Of a stretch of DNA of 64,000 nucleotides, positions 43,273-54,074 are shown in pieces. The notes under the pieces were generated by a model, which saw nothing but the letters and a program-made list of their open reading frames with translations, was not told the DNA's origin and searched no databases. The position numbers and the translations under genes are program-made. The stretch spans positions 64,001 through 128,000 of the forward strand of contig CAVRJL010000015.1 in assembly GCA_963721525.1 (NCBI GenBank). Reading direction: 5' to 3'. The first letter of the stretch is position 1, and the number at the start of each line of letters is the position of its first letter. This DNA comes from an uncultured Negativicutes bacterium. Its GTDB lineage: Bacteria; Bacillota; Negativicutes; JBAXTZ01.

Positions 43273-43676
43273 GTTAGTTTCTTACTTTGAGCAATCGATA
43301 ATAAATATTCTTTTAATCAAATTTAAATAAACAATATTCTACTTATCTCTCATTATCTCTCAAAACGATACTGTTTACAACCAATGTTTAAGTTAATATT
43401 ACTTACAAACTTATATAATCTTTTGTACAGCCCTACTACGCCGTTTATTTATTGTGTTATTTTTTCCTATTTTATTATATTCAATATACAGTTAAAAGGT
43501 TAAAAGGTTAATAGAATTATTATACCTATTTCTTACTTCAAAATTTATTTTAACTAAAAAGAAGATATTTTACTGTGCAACTCCTAATTGATATCGCAGC
43601 TATCTATAGAACTACTTTTAGGTAATAGCAAAATGAACAAAATTACAAGAAGTATTTTTATGTTTTCACTATCTAC

Positions 43677-43704
43677 TTATTATAGCATTTGTAAGCTATA
43701 ATAA
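43677..43704 (-). terminator. Hairpin immediately 3' of tRNA-Gly
   Basis: ttattatagc / gctataataa 10-bp arms abutting the CCA end; no clear U-tract. Confidence 0.4.
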
Positions 43705-43778
43705 TGGAGCGGGTGATGGGGATCGAACCCACGCAACCAGCTTGGAAGGCTGGGGCTCTACCACTGAGCTACACCCGC
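43705..43778 (-). tRNA. tRNA-Gly(TCC)
   Basis: GCGGGTGTAGCTCAGTGGTAGAGC...CCAGC CTTCCAA GCTGG...GGTTCGATCCC...CACCCGCTCCA; 74 nt with encoded CCA. Confidence 0.97.
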
Positions 43779-43791
43779 ACTAAACATTTAC

Positions 43792-43868
43792 TGGTCGGAG
43801 CGGCAGGATTCGAACCTGCGGCCTCCTGGTCCCAAGCCAGGCGCTCTACCAAGCTAAGCTACGCCCCG
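43792..43868 (-). tRNA. tRNA-Pro(TGG)
   Basis: CGGGGCGTAGCTTAGCTTGGTAGAGC...CCTGG CTTGGGA CCAGG...GGTTCGAATCC...CTCCGACCA; 77 nt. Confidence 0.97.
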
Positions 43869-43936
43869 TAATTTTTCAATAATACTATTTTTCAATATAT
43901 AACTTATAGAAAAGTTAATTAATAGCAACGCCCATC

Positions 43937-43966
43937 ATTATAAATCTTTCTTTAACTTATTGTCAA
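43937..43966 (-). promoter_or_regulatory. Consensus sigmaA promoter for the tRNA pair
   Basis: TTGACA-N18-TATAAT, both boxes perfect. Confidence 0.75.
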
Positions 43967-43983
43967 TGATTAAAAACCAAAAT

Positions 43984-45360
43984 TTACAAAATAAATTGCG
44001 TTAGATCTTGATTTGTCACAATTTTACTCAGCTTTTGCTGAACATATTTTCTATCTATTTTTATTAAACCTGGATTTTCAGGTGCATTAAAAGATATATC
44101 TTCCATCAATTTTTCCATAATAGTATGTAAACGTCTTGCTCCGATATTTTCGGTTTCCATGTTTATTTTAGCAGCTATTTCTGCAATTTCGTCTAAAGCA
44201 TCTTTTTCATATTCAACTTGTATTTTTTCTGTTTCTAAAAGATTTACATATTGCTTTATAAGCGAATTAGAAGGTTCTGTTAATATTTTTTTAAAATCTT
44301 CTTTACTTAAACTTTCTAATTCTACTCTTATTGGAAATCTCCCTTGCAATTCCGGTATTAAATCAGACGGTTTTGACATGTGAAAAGCCCCAGCTGCTAT
44401 AAATAAAATATGATCTGTTTTAACAGCACCATGTTTCGTCATCACAGTAGAACCTTCAACGATAGGTAGTATATCTCTTTGTACTCCTTCTCGAGAAACA
44501 TCAGGACCAGCAGACCCGTTTCCGCGTCCTGCAATTTTATCTATTTCATCAACAAAAATAATTCCCGAATTTTCTGCGAGTCTTACTCCATCTCTATTTA
44601 TTTCGTCTGTATCAATTAATTTTTGTGCTTCCTCCTGCTCAAATATTTTTCTCGCTTCACTCACTTTCATTTTACGTTTTTTGTTTTTTTTAGGGATCAT
44701 ATTGGTAATCATTTCCTGTAAATTCATTCCTAATTCTTCCATATTTCCTACTCCAAGCATACCTAGCATAGGAACTCCCGTTGATTCAATTAAAACCTCA
44801 ATTATTTCATTTTCTAACTCTCCAGCGCGTAACTTTTCTCTTAATTTTTCACGATCATTTTTTTCACTATCCTGTGAATCAGGTTGCTGTACACCGCTTG
44901 TACCAAATAATAAACCCAAAGGATTTACCGAACTATTTGACTGTTTAGTTGGGAAAAAACAATCTAATATCCTTTCTTCAGCAACTTCTATAGCTCTTTT
45001 TTTTACACTTTTTACTTTTTGTTTTTTTATAATGCGAATTGCTTCCGCTATTAAATCTCTAATTATAGATTCGACATCTCTGCCAACATACCCCACTTCT
45101 GTAAATTTAGTAGCTTCTACCTTTATAAAAGGAGCATTCGTCAATTTAGCCAATCGCCTGGCAATTTCTGTTTTTCCCACTCCTGTCGGCCCAATCATCA
45201 AAATATTTTTGGGAATAATGTCTTCTTGAACCTCTTTGGGCAAATTACGGGCACGCCAACGATTACGTAACGCTATGGCTACAGATTTTTTTGCTGCTCC
45301 CTGTCCTACTATATATTTATCAAGCTCAGCTACAATTTGTTTAGGTGTTAATTCTAACAA
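43984..45360 (-). CDS. hslU: HslU/ClpY ATPase
   Basis: [47 protein letters not shown]. Confidence 0.98.
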   Translation of the reverse strand: MLELTPKQIVAELDKYIVGQGAAKKSVAIALRNRWRARNLPKEVQEDIIPKNILMIGPTGVGKTEIARRLAKLTNAPFIKVEATKFTEVGYVGRDVESIIRDLIAEAIRIIKKQKVKSVKKRAIEVAEERILDCFFPTKQSNSSVNPLGLLFGTSGVQQPDSQDSEKNDREKLREKLRAGELENEIIEVLIESTGVPMLGMLGVGNMEELGMNLQEMITNMIPKKNKKRKMKVSEARKIFEQEEAQKLIDTDEINRDGVRLAENSGIIFVDEIDKIAGRGNGSAGPDVSREGVQRDILPIVEGSTVMTKHGAVKTDHILFIAAGAFHMSKPSDLIPELQGRFPIRVELESLSKEDFKKILTEPSNSLIKQYVNLLETEKIQVEYEKDALDEIAEIAAKINMETENIGARRLHTIMEKLMEDISFNAPENPGLIKIDRKYVQQKLSKIVTNQDLTQFIL

Positions 45361-45376
45361 TTAATTTTCCTCCAAT

Positions 45377-45925
45377 TTATAATGTTTCGACAACAATGTG
45401 CCTATTAGTATAAACACAAATATCTGCAGCAATTTGCATAGACTTTTCTACAACTTCTTCTGCTGATAACTCTGAATACGAGACTAATGCTCGAGCAGCT
45501 GCTAAAGCAAATGCTCCGCCCGAACCTATTGCACATATTCCATCATCAGGTTCTATAACTTCTCCTGTTCCTGATATTAGCAATATTTTTTCAATATCAG
45601 CAACTATAAGCATAGCTTCCAGTCTTCTTAAAACCCGGTCCGTACGCCAATCTTTTGCTAACTCAACAGCTGCACGTAACAAATTTCCGTTAAATTCTTG
45701 TAATTTCCCTTCAAATTTCCCAAACAATGCAAACGCATCTGCCACAGAACCAGCAAATCCTGATATAACCTTGTTATTATAAATCCTGCGCACTTTCTTC
45801 GCATTATGTTTCATAATCATCGTTTGGCCAAATGTTACCTGTCCGTCACCTGCAATTGCCGTTTTACCTTTATGATTTATAGCTACAATAGTAGTGCCAC
45901 GAAAACTATTAGTAATTTCTCCCAT
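45377..45925 (-). CDS. hslV: HslV/ClpQ protease subunit
   Basis: TTIV after a short leader, [21 protein letters not shown]. Confidence 0.97.
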   Translation of the reverse strand: MGEITNSFRGTTIVAINHKGKTAIAGDGQVTFGQTMIMKHNAKKVRRIYNNKVISGFAGSVADAFALFGKFEGKLQEFNGNLLRAAVELAKDWRTDRVLRRLEAMLIVADIEKILLISGTGEVIEPDDGICAIGSGGAFALAAARALVSYSELSAEEVVEKSMQIAADICVYTNRHIVVETL

Positions 45926-45994
45926 ATTATTCCTTTCTTAATTTAATTATTACTTTAAAAATTAATCTTATTTTTCAAAACTCTTAATCTTATT

Positions 45995-46680
45995 TTTATA
46001 TTCTTAAATATGTAGGATTATAATTACTTCTTAATCTTTTAAAAATAACATGAGTATGAAGAGGAATAGCAGCTAAATTAGATAGCTGACAAATAAAAAA
46101 TCATGACTATTAGTTTGATTATATAATTCAAGACGTACTTTTTGCAAATAATTTTTTACTACCTTTATAGCTATTTTATTTATATACATGATTTTTCCTT
46201 TTCCACCCTTTACCTAAAATTAAAAAAACCTAAATATTCTTAATAGTAACCTCATAAGCTGCTTACTCGTGGGACTGAAAAATATAGCATCTTTATAATA
46301 TATTTACCCTTAATACATAATATTATAAATCTTATTTAGTAAAAAATTCATCTGTTTAATATCTAATTTCAATAAAGATATAGTCAAAAAAAATAGTTTT
46401 TGCGAATTATTCGGGTAATAAATAACTATAAAAAGATCTTAAGGCTGATAATTTACGACTGATAGACCTTTTTTTGTCATATCCAAAAAGTCCTTATATC
46501 AAACAAAGAAACTATTTTTTCTGTTCTCCATAAAAATAATATTTATCTTTTTTTATTTTTTATCTTTTCTAAAATAGGTGAAATAAAATCACGTTTTGTG
46601 TTCTTAAACTGACTATTGGATATATTATTATCTGTAACATATCTTAAAAAAAATTTAAATAACATTAAAGCAATTAAAGT
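45995..46680 (-). pseudogene. xerC: Decayed tyrosine recombinase XerC
   Basis: Fragments RSISRKLSALRSFYSYL (about 46419-46470), RVS, ILGKG (about 46206-46220), LHTHVIFKRLRSNY (about 46020-46060); syntenic topA-trmFO-xerC-hslV position; many stops and indels. Confidence 0.8.
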
Positions 46681-46689
46681 CTTTTTATA

Positions 46690-47160
46690 CTCTTTACGGG
46701 CAGCATTTATGTTTAAAACCACGCCTGCGCCAGCTGATTAACCTGCTATTCTAATAATTTTACCTACCATAAAAGATCTCACTTCTATATATCTTAAAAT
46801 TAGTAAGGGCTGTAGATTCATCCAATGTATTATACCTCTTTTCCTTAATTTTGTGACACTACTTATCTAAATAGATCTCTCTTTAAATCTTTTAAGCTAA
46901 TTGATTTTTCTTCTATGTGATGTGAACAAAATCGATCGTATTATTCCTTCTCCACAAAATAATTTATCAGCCTACTTTTATTATATAGATAAATAATATA
47001 AATATTATCTAAACTAATCCTATTATGATATATTATGGGTCTAACTGTATCATAAAAATATGACATTTTATGAACTAGAATGAGTTTTTAGATCTCAATT
47101 CAACCAACTTTATCGTACAATCTATTTTATAAGTTAACCAATTAACTTTTCTGACTTTAA
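46690..47160 (-). pseudogene. Decayed trmFO (gid) remnant
   Basis: GKIIRIAG*SAGAGVVLNINAARK resembles [25 protein letters not shown]; expected position between topA and xerC. Confidence 0.55.
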
Positions 47161-47189
47161 TTTCTGTTCTGATCATATTCATTATTAAA

Positions 47190-49289
47190 TTATTGTTTAT
47201 TTACTATAATTTCGACTTTTTTAGTATTCTTATCTTTTTTCCCATAACCACAAAAAAAACAATATTTGCCTAAAAAATGTCCTTTAAATATTTTTTTAAA
47301 CAAATACTTATCGCATTTAGGACATTTTTCTTCAAAAGGAATATCCCAAGAAGCAAACATACATTTTGGATATGTACTACACCCAAAAAATTTTGATCCT
47401 TTTTTACTTTTTTTCTCTGTTAAAAATCCTTTATTACAACTTTGACAAATAAATTCAGTTATTTTTTTAATTTTTTTAGAAAACTTACATTCAGGGTAAG
47501 CAGGACAAGCTAAAAATTCCCCAAATCGTCCTTTTTTATAGACTAGATTTTTATTACAATTATCACATAATTCTTCAGATATTTTTTCAGGAAACTTTTG
47601 TTTCTGTAACGTGACTTCTGCTCTTTCTAAATCACCCTTAAAAGAATCAAAAAATTTTCTTAGAACCTCTACTCGTTTTTTTTCTCCTGCTGCTATCTCA
47701 TCAAGTTTACCTTCCATAGAAGCTGTAAATTTTATATCTACGATTGACGCAAAATATTGTTTTAATAAGTCATTGACAATATAACCCAATTTTGTAAGGA
47801 AAAAATTTTTATCTATTTTTTCAACATAACCTCTATTTGTTATTGTCTCAATAATAGGTACGTAAGTACTTGGGCGTCCTATTCCCATCTCTTCTAAGTA
47901 TTTAATCAATGATGCCTCATTATATCTTGCCGGTGGCTCAGTAAATTTTTGTTTAGATTGAATTTCGACTAACCCTAATTTTTCTCCAATGTTAATCGGA
48001 GGAATAATTTTAGTTTTCTTTTTTTTCTCTTTATCATCATAAACTATTGTAAATCCAGCAAATTTTACTCTTGACCCGGAGGCTTTTAATAAATACTTAC
48101 CAGCCTGTATTTCACAAGTTGTTACATCATACACTACAGGAGATATTTGGCTTGCAATAAATCTTTCCCAGACAAGTTTATACACTTTCCATAAATTGCT
48201 ATCAACATTATCTTTTAATTGTTCTGGAAGAATACGAGCATCCACAGGCCTTATAGCCTCATGTGCATCTTGAGCCGCTTTCTTTTTGTAAACATTTGGC
48301 TTTATGGGTAAATACTGAGATCCGAAAGTATCTATTATTATTTTTCTTGCTAATTCGATAGACTGCTGTGATAAACGAAAAGAATCTGTCCTCATATAAG
48401 TTATTAATCCTGTATGTCCAATACCTTTTATTTCTAATCCTTCATATAATTGCTGAGCCAAGTGCATTGTTTTTTTTGGAGAAAACCCTAATCGGTGTGA
48501 ACATTCTTGTTGCATAGAACTTGTTATAAACGGAGGCAAAGAGTTACGCTTTCTTTCTTTGTGGTTTAAAAAATTTACAATATATGTGCTTTTTTTTAAA
48601 TCCGATATAATTAAATCATTTTGTTTTTTATTTATTATGTCGAATTTTTTTCCATTTAGTTTTATTAAGGTTACAGTAAATTTTTTGTTTTTATCGACTT
48701 CTAATAATACATCAATAGTCCAATATTCTTTAGGAATAAACGCTTTTATTTCATTTTCACGGTCGCAAATACAACTTACAACGACAGATTGCACTCTACC
48801 TGCACTTAACCCCTTTTGTACTTTTTTCCATAATAAAGGGCTAAGTTTATAACCTACTATACGATCAAGTATCCGTCTTGTTTGTTGAGCTTCAACAAGG
48901 TTTAAATCGATATTTCTCGGATTGTTAATCGCTTCTGTAACACAAGTTTTAGTGATTTCATTAAAAACAATTCTGCATAATTCGTAGCTATCTATTCCAA
49001 GCATTTCTGCAATATGCCAGGCTATTGCTTCTCCTTCACGGTCAGGGTCAGTAGCAATATAAATTTTGTCAACTTTATTAGCTTCTTTTTTTAATTCTGT
49101 TATGGTAGCACGCTTATCTCGTATAATAATATATTTGGGTTCAAAATCATTTTCTATATTTATTCCAAATTGGCTTTTAGGCAAATTTCTTATATGCCCT
49201 TTTGACGATTTTACTGTAAAATCTTTACCTAAATATTTTTCAATCGTTTTCGCTTTTGCGGGAGATTCAACTAAAATTAGTTTTTTCAA
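47190..49289 (-). CDS. topA: DNA topoisomerase I
   Basis: VESPAKAK, ATDPDREGE, SAGRVQ, ITYMRTD, AHEAIRP, GIGRPSTY, C-terminal zinc ribbons. Confidence 0.98.
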   Translation of the reverse strand: MKKLILVESPAKAKTIEKYLGKDFTVKSSKGHIRNLPKSQFGINIENDFEPKYIIIRDKRATITELKKEANKVDKIYIATDPDREGEAIAWHIAEMLGIDSYELCRIVFNEITKTCVTEAINNPRNIDLNLVEAQQTRRILDRIVGYKLSPLLWKKVQKGLSAGRVQSVVVSCICDRENEIKAFIPKEYWTIDVLLEVDKNKKFTVTLIKLNGKKFDIINKKQNDLIISDLKKSTYIVNFLNHKERKRNSLPPFITSSMQQECSHRLGFSPKKTMHLAQQLYEGLEIKGIGHTGLITYMRTDSFRLSQQSIELARKIIIDTFGSQYLPIKPNVYKKKAAQDAHEAIRPVDARILPEQLKDNVDSNLWKVYKLVWERFIASQISPVVYDVTTCEIQAGKYLLKASGSRVKFAGFTIVYDDKEKKKKTKIIPPINIGEKLGLVEIQSKQKFTEPPARYNEASLIKYLEEMGIGRPSTYVPIIETITNRGYVEKIDKNFFLTKLGYIVNDLLKQYFASIVDIKFTASMEGKLDEIAAGEKKRVEVLRKFFDSFKGDLERAEVTLQKQKFPEKISEELCDNCNKNLVYKKGRFGEFLACPAYPECKFSKKIKKITEFICQSCNKGFLTEKKSKKGSKFFGCSTYPKCMFASWDIPFEEKCPKCDKYLFKKIFKGHFLGKYCFFCGYGKKDKNTKKVEIIVNKQ

Positions 49290-49329
49290 GTTTTTCCTCC
49301 TAATGTTTCCTAAATATATTTTTTATCAT

Positions 49330-49680
49330 ACTCTTTACGCACAAAAACACGTATACTCATACTGTATAAAATAACATATATTTTTTATTTAAAACTCTAC
49401 AATTCAGTAGTAAACCACCCACACTTTAAGGATAACTTAAATATAAACTACTATATATTTATTCTTCCCAGTTATTCGAAAATGAATAATTTTTTGATAT
49501 TTAATAAGTTTTTATTTGATATCTATCTAATAATATCGTCAGCTATTGTGTCAGAAACTAGGCCATTAATTATTCAATAAGGTTTTTATTTTTTTAAATA
49601 AGACATAAAATTTTTCCGATTGCCTTCTGGTACCGCGATAAATTTACAGTACCCTTTTTTATACCTATACATATTAAATA
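49330..49680 (-). pseudogene. Probable decayed dprA remnant
   Basis: IINGLVSDTIAD (49538-49573) resembles IVSGLARGIDTxAH; KCGWFTT resembles KSGSLIT; dprA normally precedes topA. Confidence 0.4.
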
Positions 49681-49757
49681 ACATACTTCGCATCAGCATG
49701 CAAAAAGGCTTCTTTATAATTTTATTAAAGCCGGAGCATGACATTTATCATTTACAA

Positions 49758-50878
49758 TCATACTAACATCTCTTTCAATAAAATTTCTTCGGCAATTTTA
49801 AAAGCAGCTTTCGGTTTAGCTAACTTCAAAATGTTCATTTTTAAAAACTTTATTTTCTTTTTTGAAAATAAAAGCTTATAAATCAGGTTATTTAAATCTT
49901 TCAAATCTTTAAGAATTATAGCAGAATTATTTTGCAAAAGAAATTCTGCATTGTGCCATTCATGTCCTGGAATAGGTTTAAAAATAACCATAGGTAATCC
50001 ACAACTTAATGCTTCTGCTATCGTAACACCGCCTGCCTTAGTAATCATTACGTCTGCCGCAAACATTAATTCGTTGATAAAATTAATATAAGAAAAAATT
50101 TTAACACATTTGGAGTTATCAGTATTAAAATACGATAACTCATTTACCAATTTGTCATTAGTACCTGCCACAATAATAATATTTATTTTATAAGAAATTT
50201 TACATAATTGATTTAAAATTTCTTTCATTGGTAAAAGACCCGTTCCTCCTCCCATTATAATAATAATAGGCTTATTAGGGATCAACCCTAATTTTTCGCA
50301 AATTTCATTACGTTTAATATATTGGCAAAAATAGCGAGAAATTGGGATTCCATAAACACAAATCTTTTTCTTAGATATACCAAGATTAATTAAAGCTTTT
50401 TTAACATTACTATTTCCCACAAAATATTTACGCAAATTTTTAAAATACCACCAATAGTGCATTGAATAATCTGTCACAATTCCATATACAGGAATATTTA
50501 TCTTTTTTTTCTTAATAAGTTATCTAAAATTCCGGCAGGTAAAAAATGAGAACAAATAATGGCCTCAGGATTAATTCTTTTTATTTCCTTGTACATTTTA
50601 TAAGAACCAATAATATTAAAAATACTTCTTATTAGCGTGAAACGTGCGTAATTGTTTTCAATTTTATATAATACGCCATACATTATGGGTATTTTACTAA
50701 TAAGGATAAAATAAAATTTAACTGCTATTTTTTCTATTATCGAAGGATATAAAGAAAAAATATTAATTAAACGTATATCAAGGTTATTATTTGTCATTTT
50801 CATTGCTTCTATAACTGACTTGGCTGCACTTGTATGTCCATAGCCAAAAGGTGCGGTGAAAAATAAAATGGGTTTCAT
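49758..50878 (-). pseudogene. MGDG-synthase/UgtP-like GT28 glycosyltransferase, frameshifted
   Basis: GYGH, CSHF, TDY..H..W, GIPI, MGGG, TKAGG, PGHE..NA. Break AGA AAA AAA AGA TAA at the T8 run 50503-50510; one more A reads RKKKINIPVYGIVTDY in frame. Confidence 0.88.
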
Positions 50879-51859
50879 TTTCTTCTACTTTTATTTTTTA
50901 TATTTATTTTTTTATATTTATTTTTTAAAAGTATGATTCTTTTTTAATTGCATACGATAAAAAGCTACGAGTGTTAGAAAAGTGATTTTAATTTTTCTAT
51001 TTACAGCACTAATATCTTTTCCCTATACTTACTTATACTCATATAACTTAGGTACAATATATACTAGCACTAATTTACGAAACTAATTCTGAGATTCGCA
51101 TCGTGTATATCAAGGGTTTAATTTCAAAGAAAACATTTTTCCTTGAAATTTTTTTCTTTGAAATTATTTTGCAATACCATGCATACCTATAACATTATAA
51201 GCCATTAGTATAACAGTTTTTATAATATATATATAAAAACTTACAGGCAATTATATAAATTTTATTGAAACACTAAAAATATTCTTAGCTTTATTTTTAT
51301 TTGCAGATATTTAGAAAATTATATCAACCTATACTCTTAATCGTTAATTACGAAACCTAAAAACTTAAACTTTAACTATATTTTTTGTAGCTTGCACAAA
51401 TTATTCAATACAGAACGTTTATTTTGATTTGTATTTATTTTCTTTTAATTTTAAAATTAAACTATAACCTATTAAAATAATATTAGCCGTATATTTACTT
51501 ATATATATTTATCTATCAAAAAATAACAAACAAAAAAGGTAACCATCTACATTAGATTAACTATACAAAAAAAATATTGGCATTAACGGTAAAATTTATT
51601 AATATTCTTAAACTCGCGCCTAGGATTGACATTATACTGAATAATATTGTAGATTCTATATATTCGGTCTCTTTACATGATAATATATTCACAAAATTAA
51701 AAATAGCAACCACAAATTTTTGTTAATAGCTACTTTATTATTAAACTATACCCACGAAATAAACAATGGTATAAATATACTATTGTCTTAAATTTTCTAA
51801 GTATTCCAAGCGCTGCTACAAAAAACTGATTATAAAAAATCTATTAAAATAATTTATAT

Positions 51860-52708
51860 TTACATCGAATTATATAAAAAATTCGTCATAATGACAAACT
51901 CATTTACACTTAAAGTTTCTCCACGCCTATTGCAATCAATGCCTGTTGTCATATAAAAAGATTGTACTTCATCTTTAGTAATTCCAATATTTATCAGATT
52001 ATTTTTTAAAGTTTTTCTACGTTCTGCGAAGGCTGCTTTGATTAAATAAAAAAAAAACTTTTTATCTATAACTTTTACTGGAGGACACTGTCGCAAATCA
52101 AAACGCATCATACAAGAACTTACTTTCGGCTCAGGAATAAAAGAACTTGCTGAAACCTCAAAAAGTATACTAGGAATAAAAATATAATTTACAGCTACAC
52201 TCACTGCTCCGTATTCTTTAGATGAAGGATTTGCAATAAACCGTTCAGCAGTTTCTTTTTGTACCATAGATAAAATAAATTTTAAAGGCGGTTCCTGTTC
52301 AATAAGAGTCATAATAATTGGTGTAGTTATATAATAAGGTAAATTTGCTACTATTTTATAAGATTTACCTCCAAATAAATTTTTTAAGTTCATTGACAAT
52401 ATATCGTTTTGTATTATTTGTAAATTACTTTTCTGTAGTAAAACCTTATCTAAAACCTCAACCATTTTTTTATCTAATTCTATTGCTTTAACAATAGCTC
52501 CGGCATTTAATAAACCTTCGGTAAGAGAACCTATACCTGGTCCTATTTCCAACACCAAATCATTCTTCTTTATATTAGCCATATAAATAATCTTTTTAAC
52601 AACATTTTCATTTATTAGAAAGTTTTGCCCTAATTTTTTAGATGCCCTTATTTTAAAATTTCGCAAAATTTCTTTTGTTACATCTCTTTTAGCAATTGTT
52701 AAGTTCAT
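51860..52708 (-). CDS. rsmA: 16S rRNA dimethyladenosine transferase RsmA/KsgA
   Basis: KKLGQNFL, EIGPGIG, ANLPYYITTP, RRKTL. Confidence 0.97.
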   Translation of the reverse strand: MNLTIAKRDVTKEILRNFKIRASKKLGQNFLINENVVKKIIYMANIKKNDLVLEIGPGIGSLTEGLLNAGAIVKAIELDKKMVEVLDKVLLQKSNLQIIQNDILSMNLKNLFGGKSYKIVANLPYYITTPIIMTLIEQEPPLKFILSMVQKETAERFIANPSSKEYGAVSVAVNYIFIPSILFEVSASSFIPEPKVSSCMMRFDLRQCPPVKVIDKKFFFYLIKAAFAERRKTLKNNLINIGITKDEVQSFYMTTGIDCNRRGETLSVNEFVIMTNFLYNSM

Positions 52709-52907
52709 TGATTTGCGTTATTTCTCATTTCAATTTTTAAAATATGAATTCACTATTCAGATTTTTTATTGCTACATTATAGCTGTTCAACCTATTTAAA
52801 AACCGTTTATAAACGTATTGACTATTGGTTATAATACTACTGCTTAAAACAAATTATTCTTAACAATGACAAAATATATTCTTTTATAAGCGAAAGATTT
52901 TTATTCA

Positions 52908-53090
52908 TTATTTGAGAATATAAACTTTCATCATTCGTTTTCCAAACTTAACAGCTTCATTGTGATAATTCATGCAAAGATCAATTCTATTTCCTTTTAT
53001 TACTCCTCCCGTATCAGCGGCTATTGCCATACCATAGCCTGGAATATACAAGCGCGTTCCTAAACGAATAATAATATGAACATAAAAAAA
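52908..53090 (-). pseudogene. YabE-like 3D-domain C-terminal fragment
   Basis: IIRLGTRLYIPGYGMAIAADTGGVIKGNRIDLCM...FGKR...VYILK*; in-frame TGA at 53091-53093 and no canonical start before the conserved segment; usual yabE-rnmV-ksgA position. Confidence 0.85.
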
Positions 53091-53365
53091 TCAAAAAAAC
53101 ATAAAAGAATAGGTATTAACTACTACTTAAAATAACGCTAACATAGAAAAATAAACTAAATGAACTTCATAAACTTCTAAAAATTTTAAATACACAAATA
53201 AATACTAAGGTATATGATTTTTTACTTTTACATACTATGTTAAACTATCTAATAATAAGTAAAAGAATTCGGTAAGGTTAGGTATTAATGGTTTACTTCT
53301 AAATCGTAAATCTAATATGATTACAATTTAATTGATAAACTAAAGTATTTATTTAAAAGGAGAAT

Positions 53366-53815
53366 ATGATAATGAATTATGATATAAAAACAAACTTAAA
53401 TGCTTTTTTATCTCGACACTCAACTATGACTGTATCAACTGCATCTAGTAATGGAAAACCAATGGCACATACTGTATGTTTTGCTCATAAAGAAAATAGA
53501 GTTTATTTCCCCACTTCGAAAAATAGCCGTAAAATTACAAATATAGCATCTCATCCAGATGTATTAATTACCATGTATGATCAACCTATTAAATATAATG
53601 GAATCCAATCAATCCAAATAGGAGGAAAAGCTTTTATTTTAACAGAACCGGATCGAATCAAAGAAGCGGAAGAATTACTCAAGGCCAAAATACCAGAACT
53701 ATCAACAATTTTACAGCAAATACCTAATTGTGTAATATGTAAAATTGAATTGACTGAAGGTCATCTTATAGATAATAAAATTCATTTTGGATTTACGGTA
53801 AAAATTAAGTATTAA
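53366..53815 (+). CDS. Pyridoxamine 5'-phosphate oxidase-like FMN-binding split-barrel protein
   Basis: TVST...GKP, YFPT..NSRKITNI..HPDV, IQIGGKA; AAAGGAG RBS. Confidence 0.85.
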   Translation: MIMNYDIKTNLNAFLSRHSTMTVSTASSNGKPMAHTVCFAHKENRVYFPTSKNSRKITNIASHPDVLITMYDQPIKYNGIQSIQIGGKAFILTEPDRIKEAEELLKAKIPELSTILQQIPNCVICKIELTEGHLIDNKIHFGFTVKIKY

Positions 53816-54074
53816 ATCAAATAAATCATTACTACTATTATTTTTTGTAAACCGAATAACAAATTATATTCAAAAATTTGGTAGTTTCATATCTGTTGTT
53901 ATAAAAATACGTGCCGAAAACATAAATTCTATTTTATCCATAAAGTTTTGTAGATCTTTTTCTAATATAATAAATAAAGTTAGAAACTATCTAACTGTGC
54001 CTGTAATTTTAAACGGTTAAATATCAACTATTTTTATTCTCTTAATAAATCAAATATATCTTTCAAAACTACAT

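Noticed and set aside
41786-43778. att-site duplication of a tRNA 3' end bounding the mazEF region
   Set aside because: No second copy of the tRNA-Gly or tRNA-Pro 3' end was found by eye, so an integrated element cannot be delimited.
50879-51859. Polysaccharide deacetylase remnant
   Set aside because: Only one fragment (YNVIGMHG) is suggestive; insufficient.
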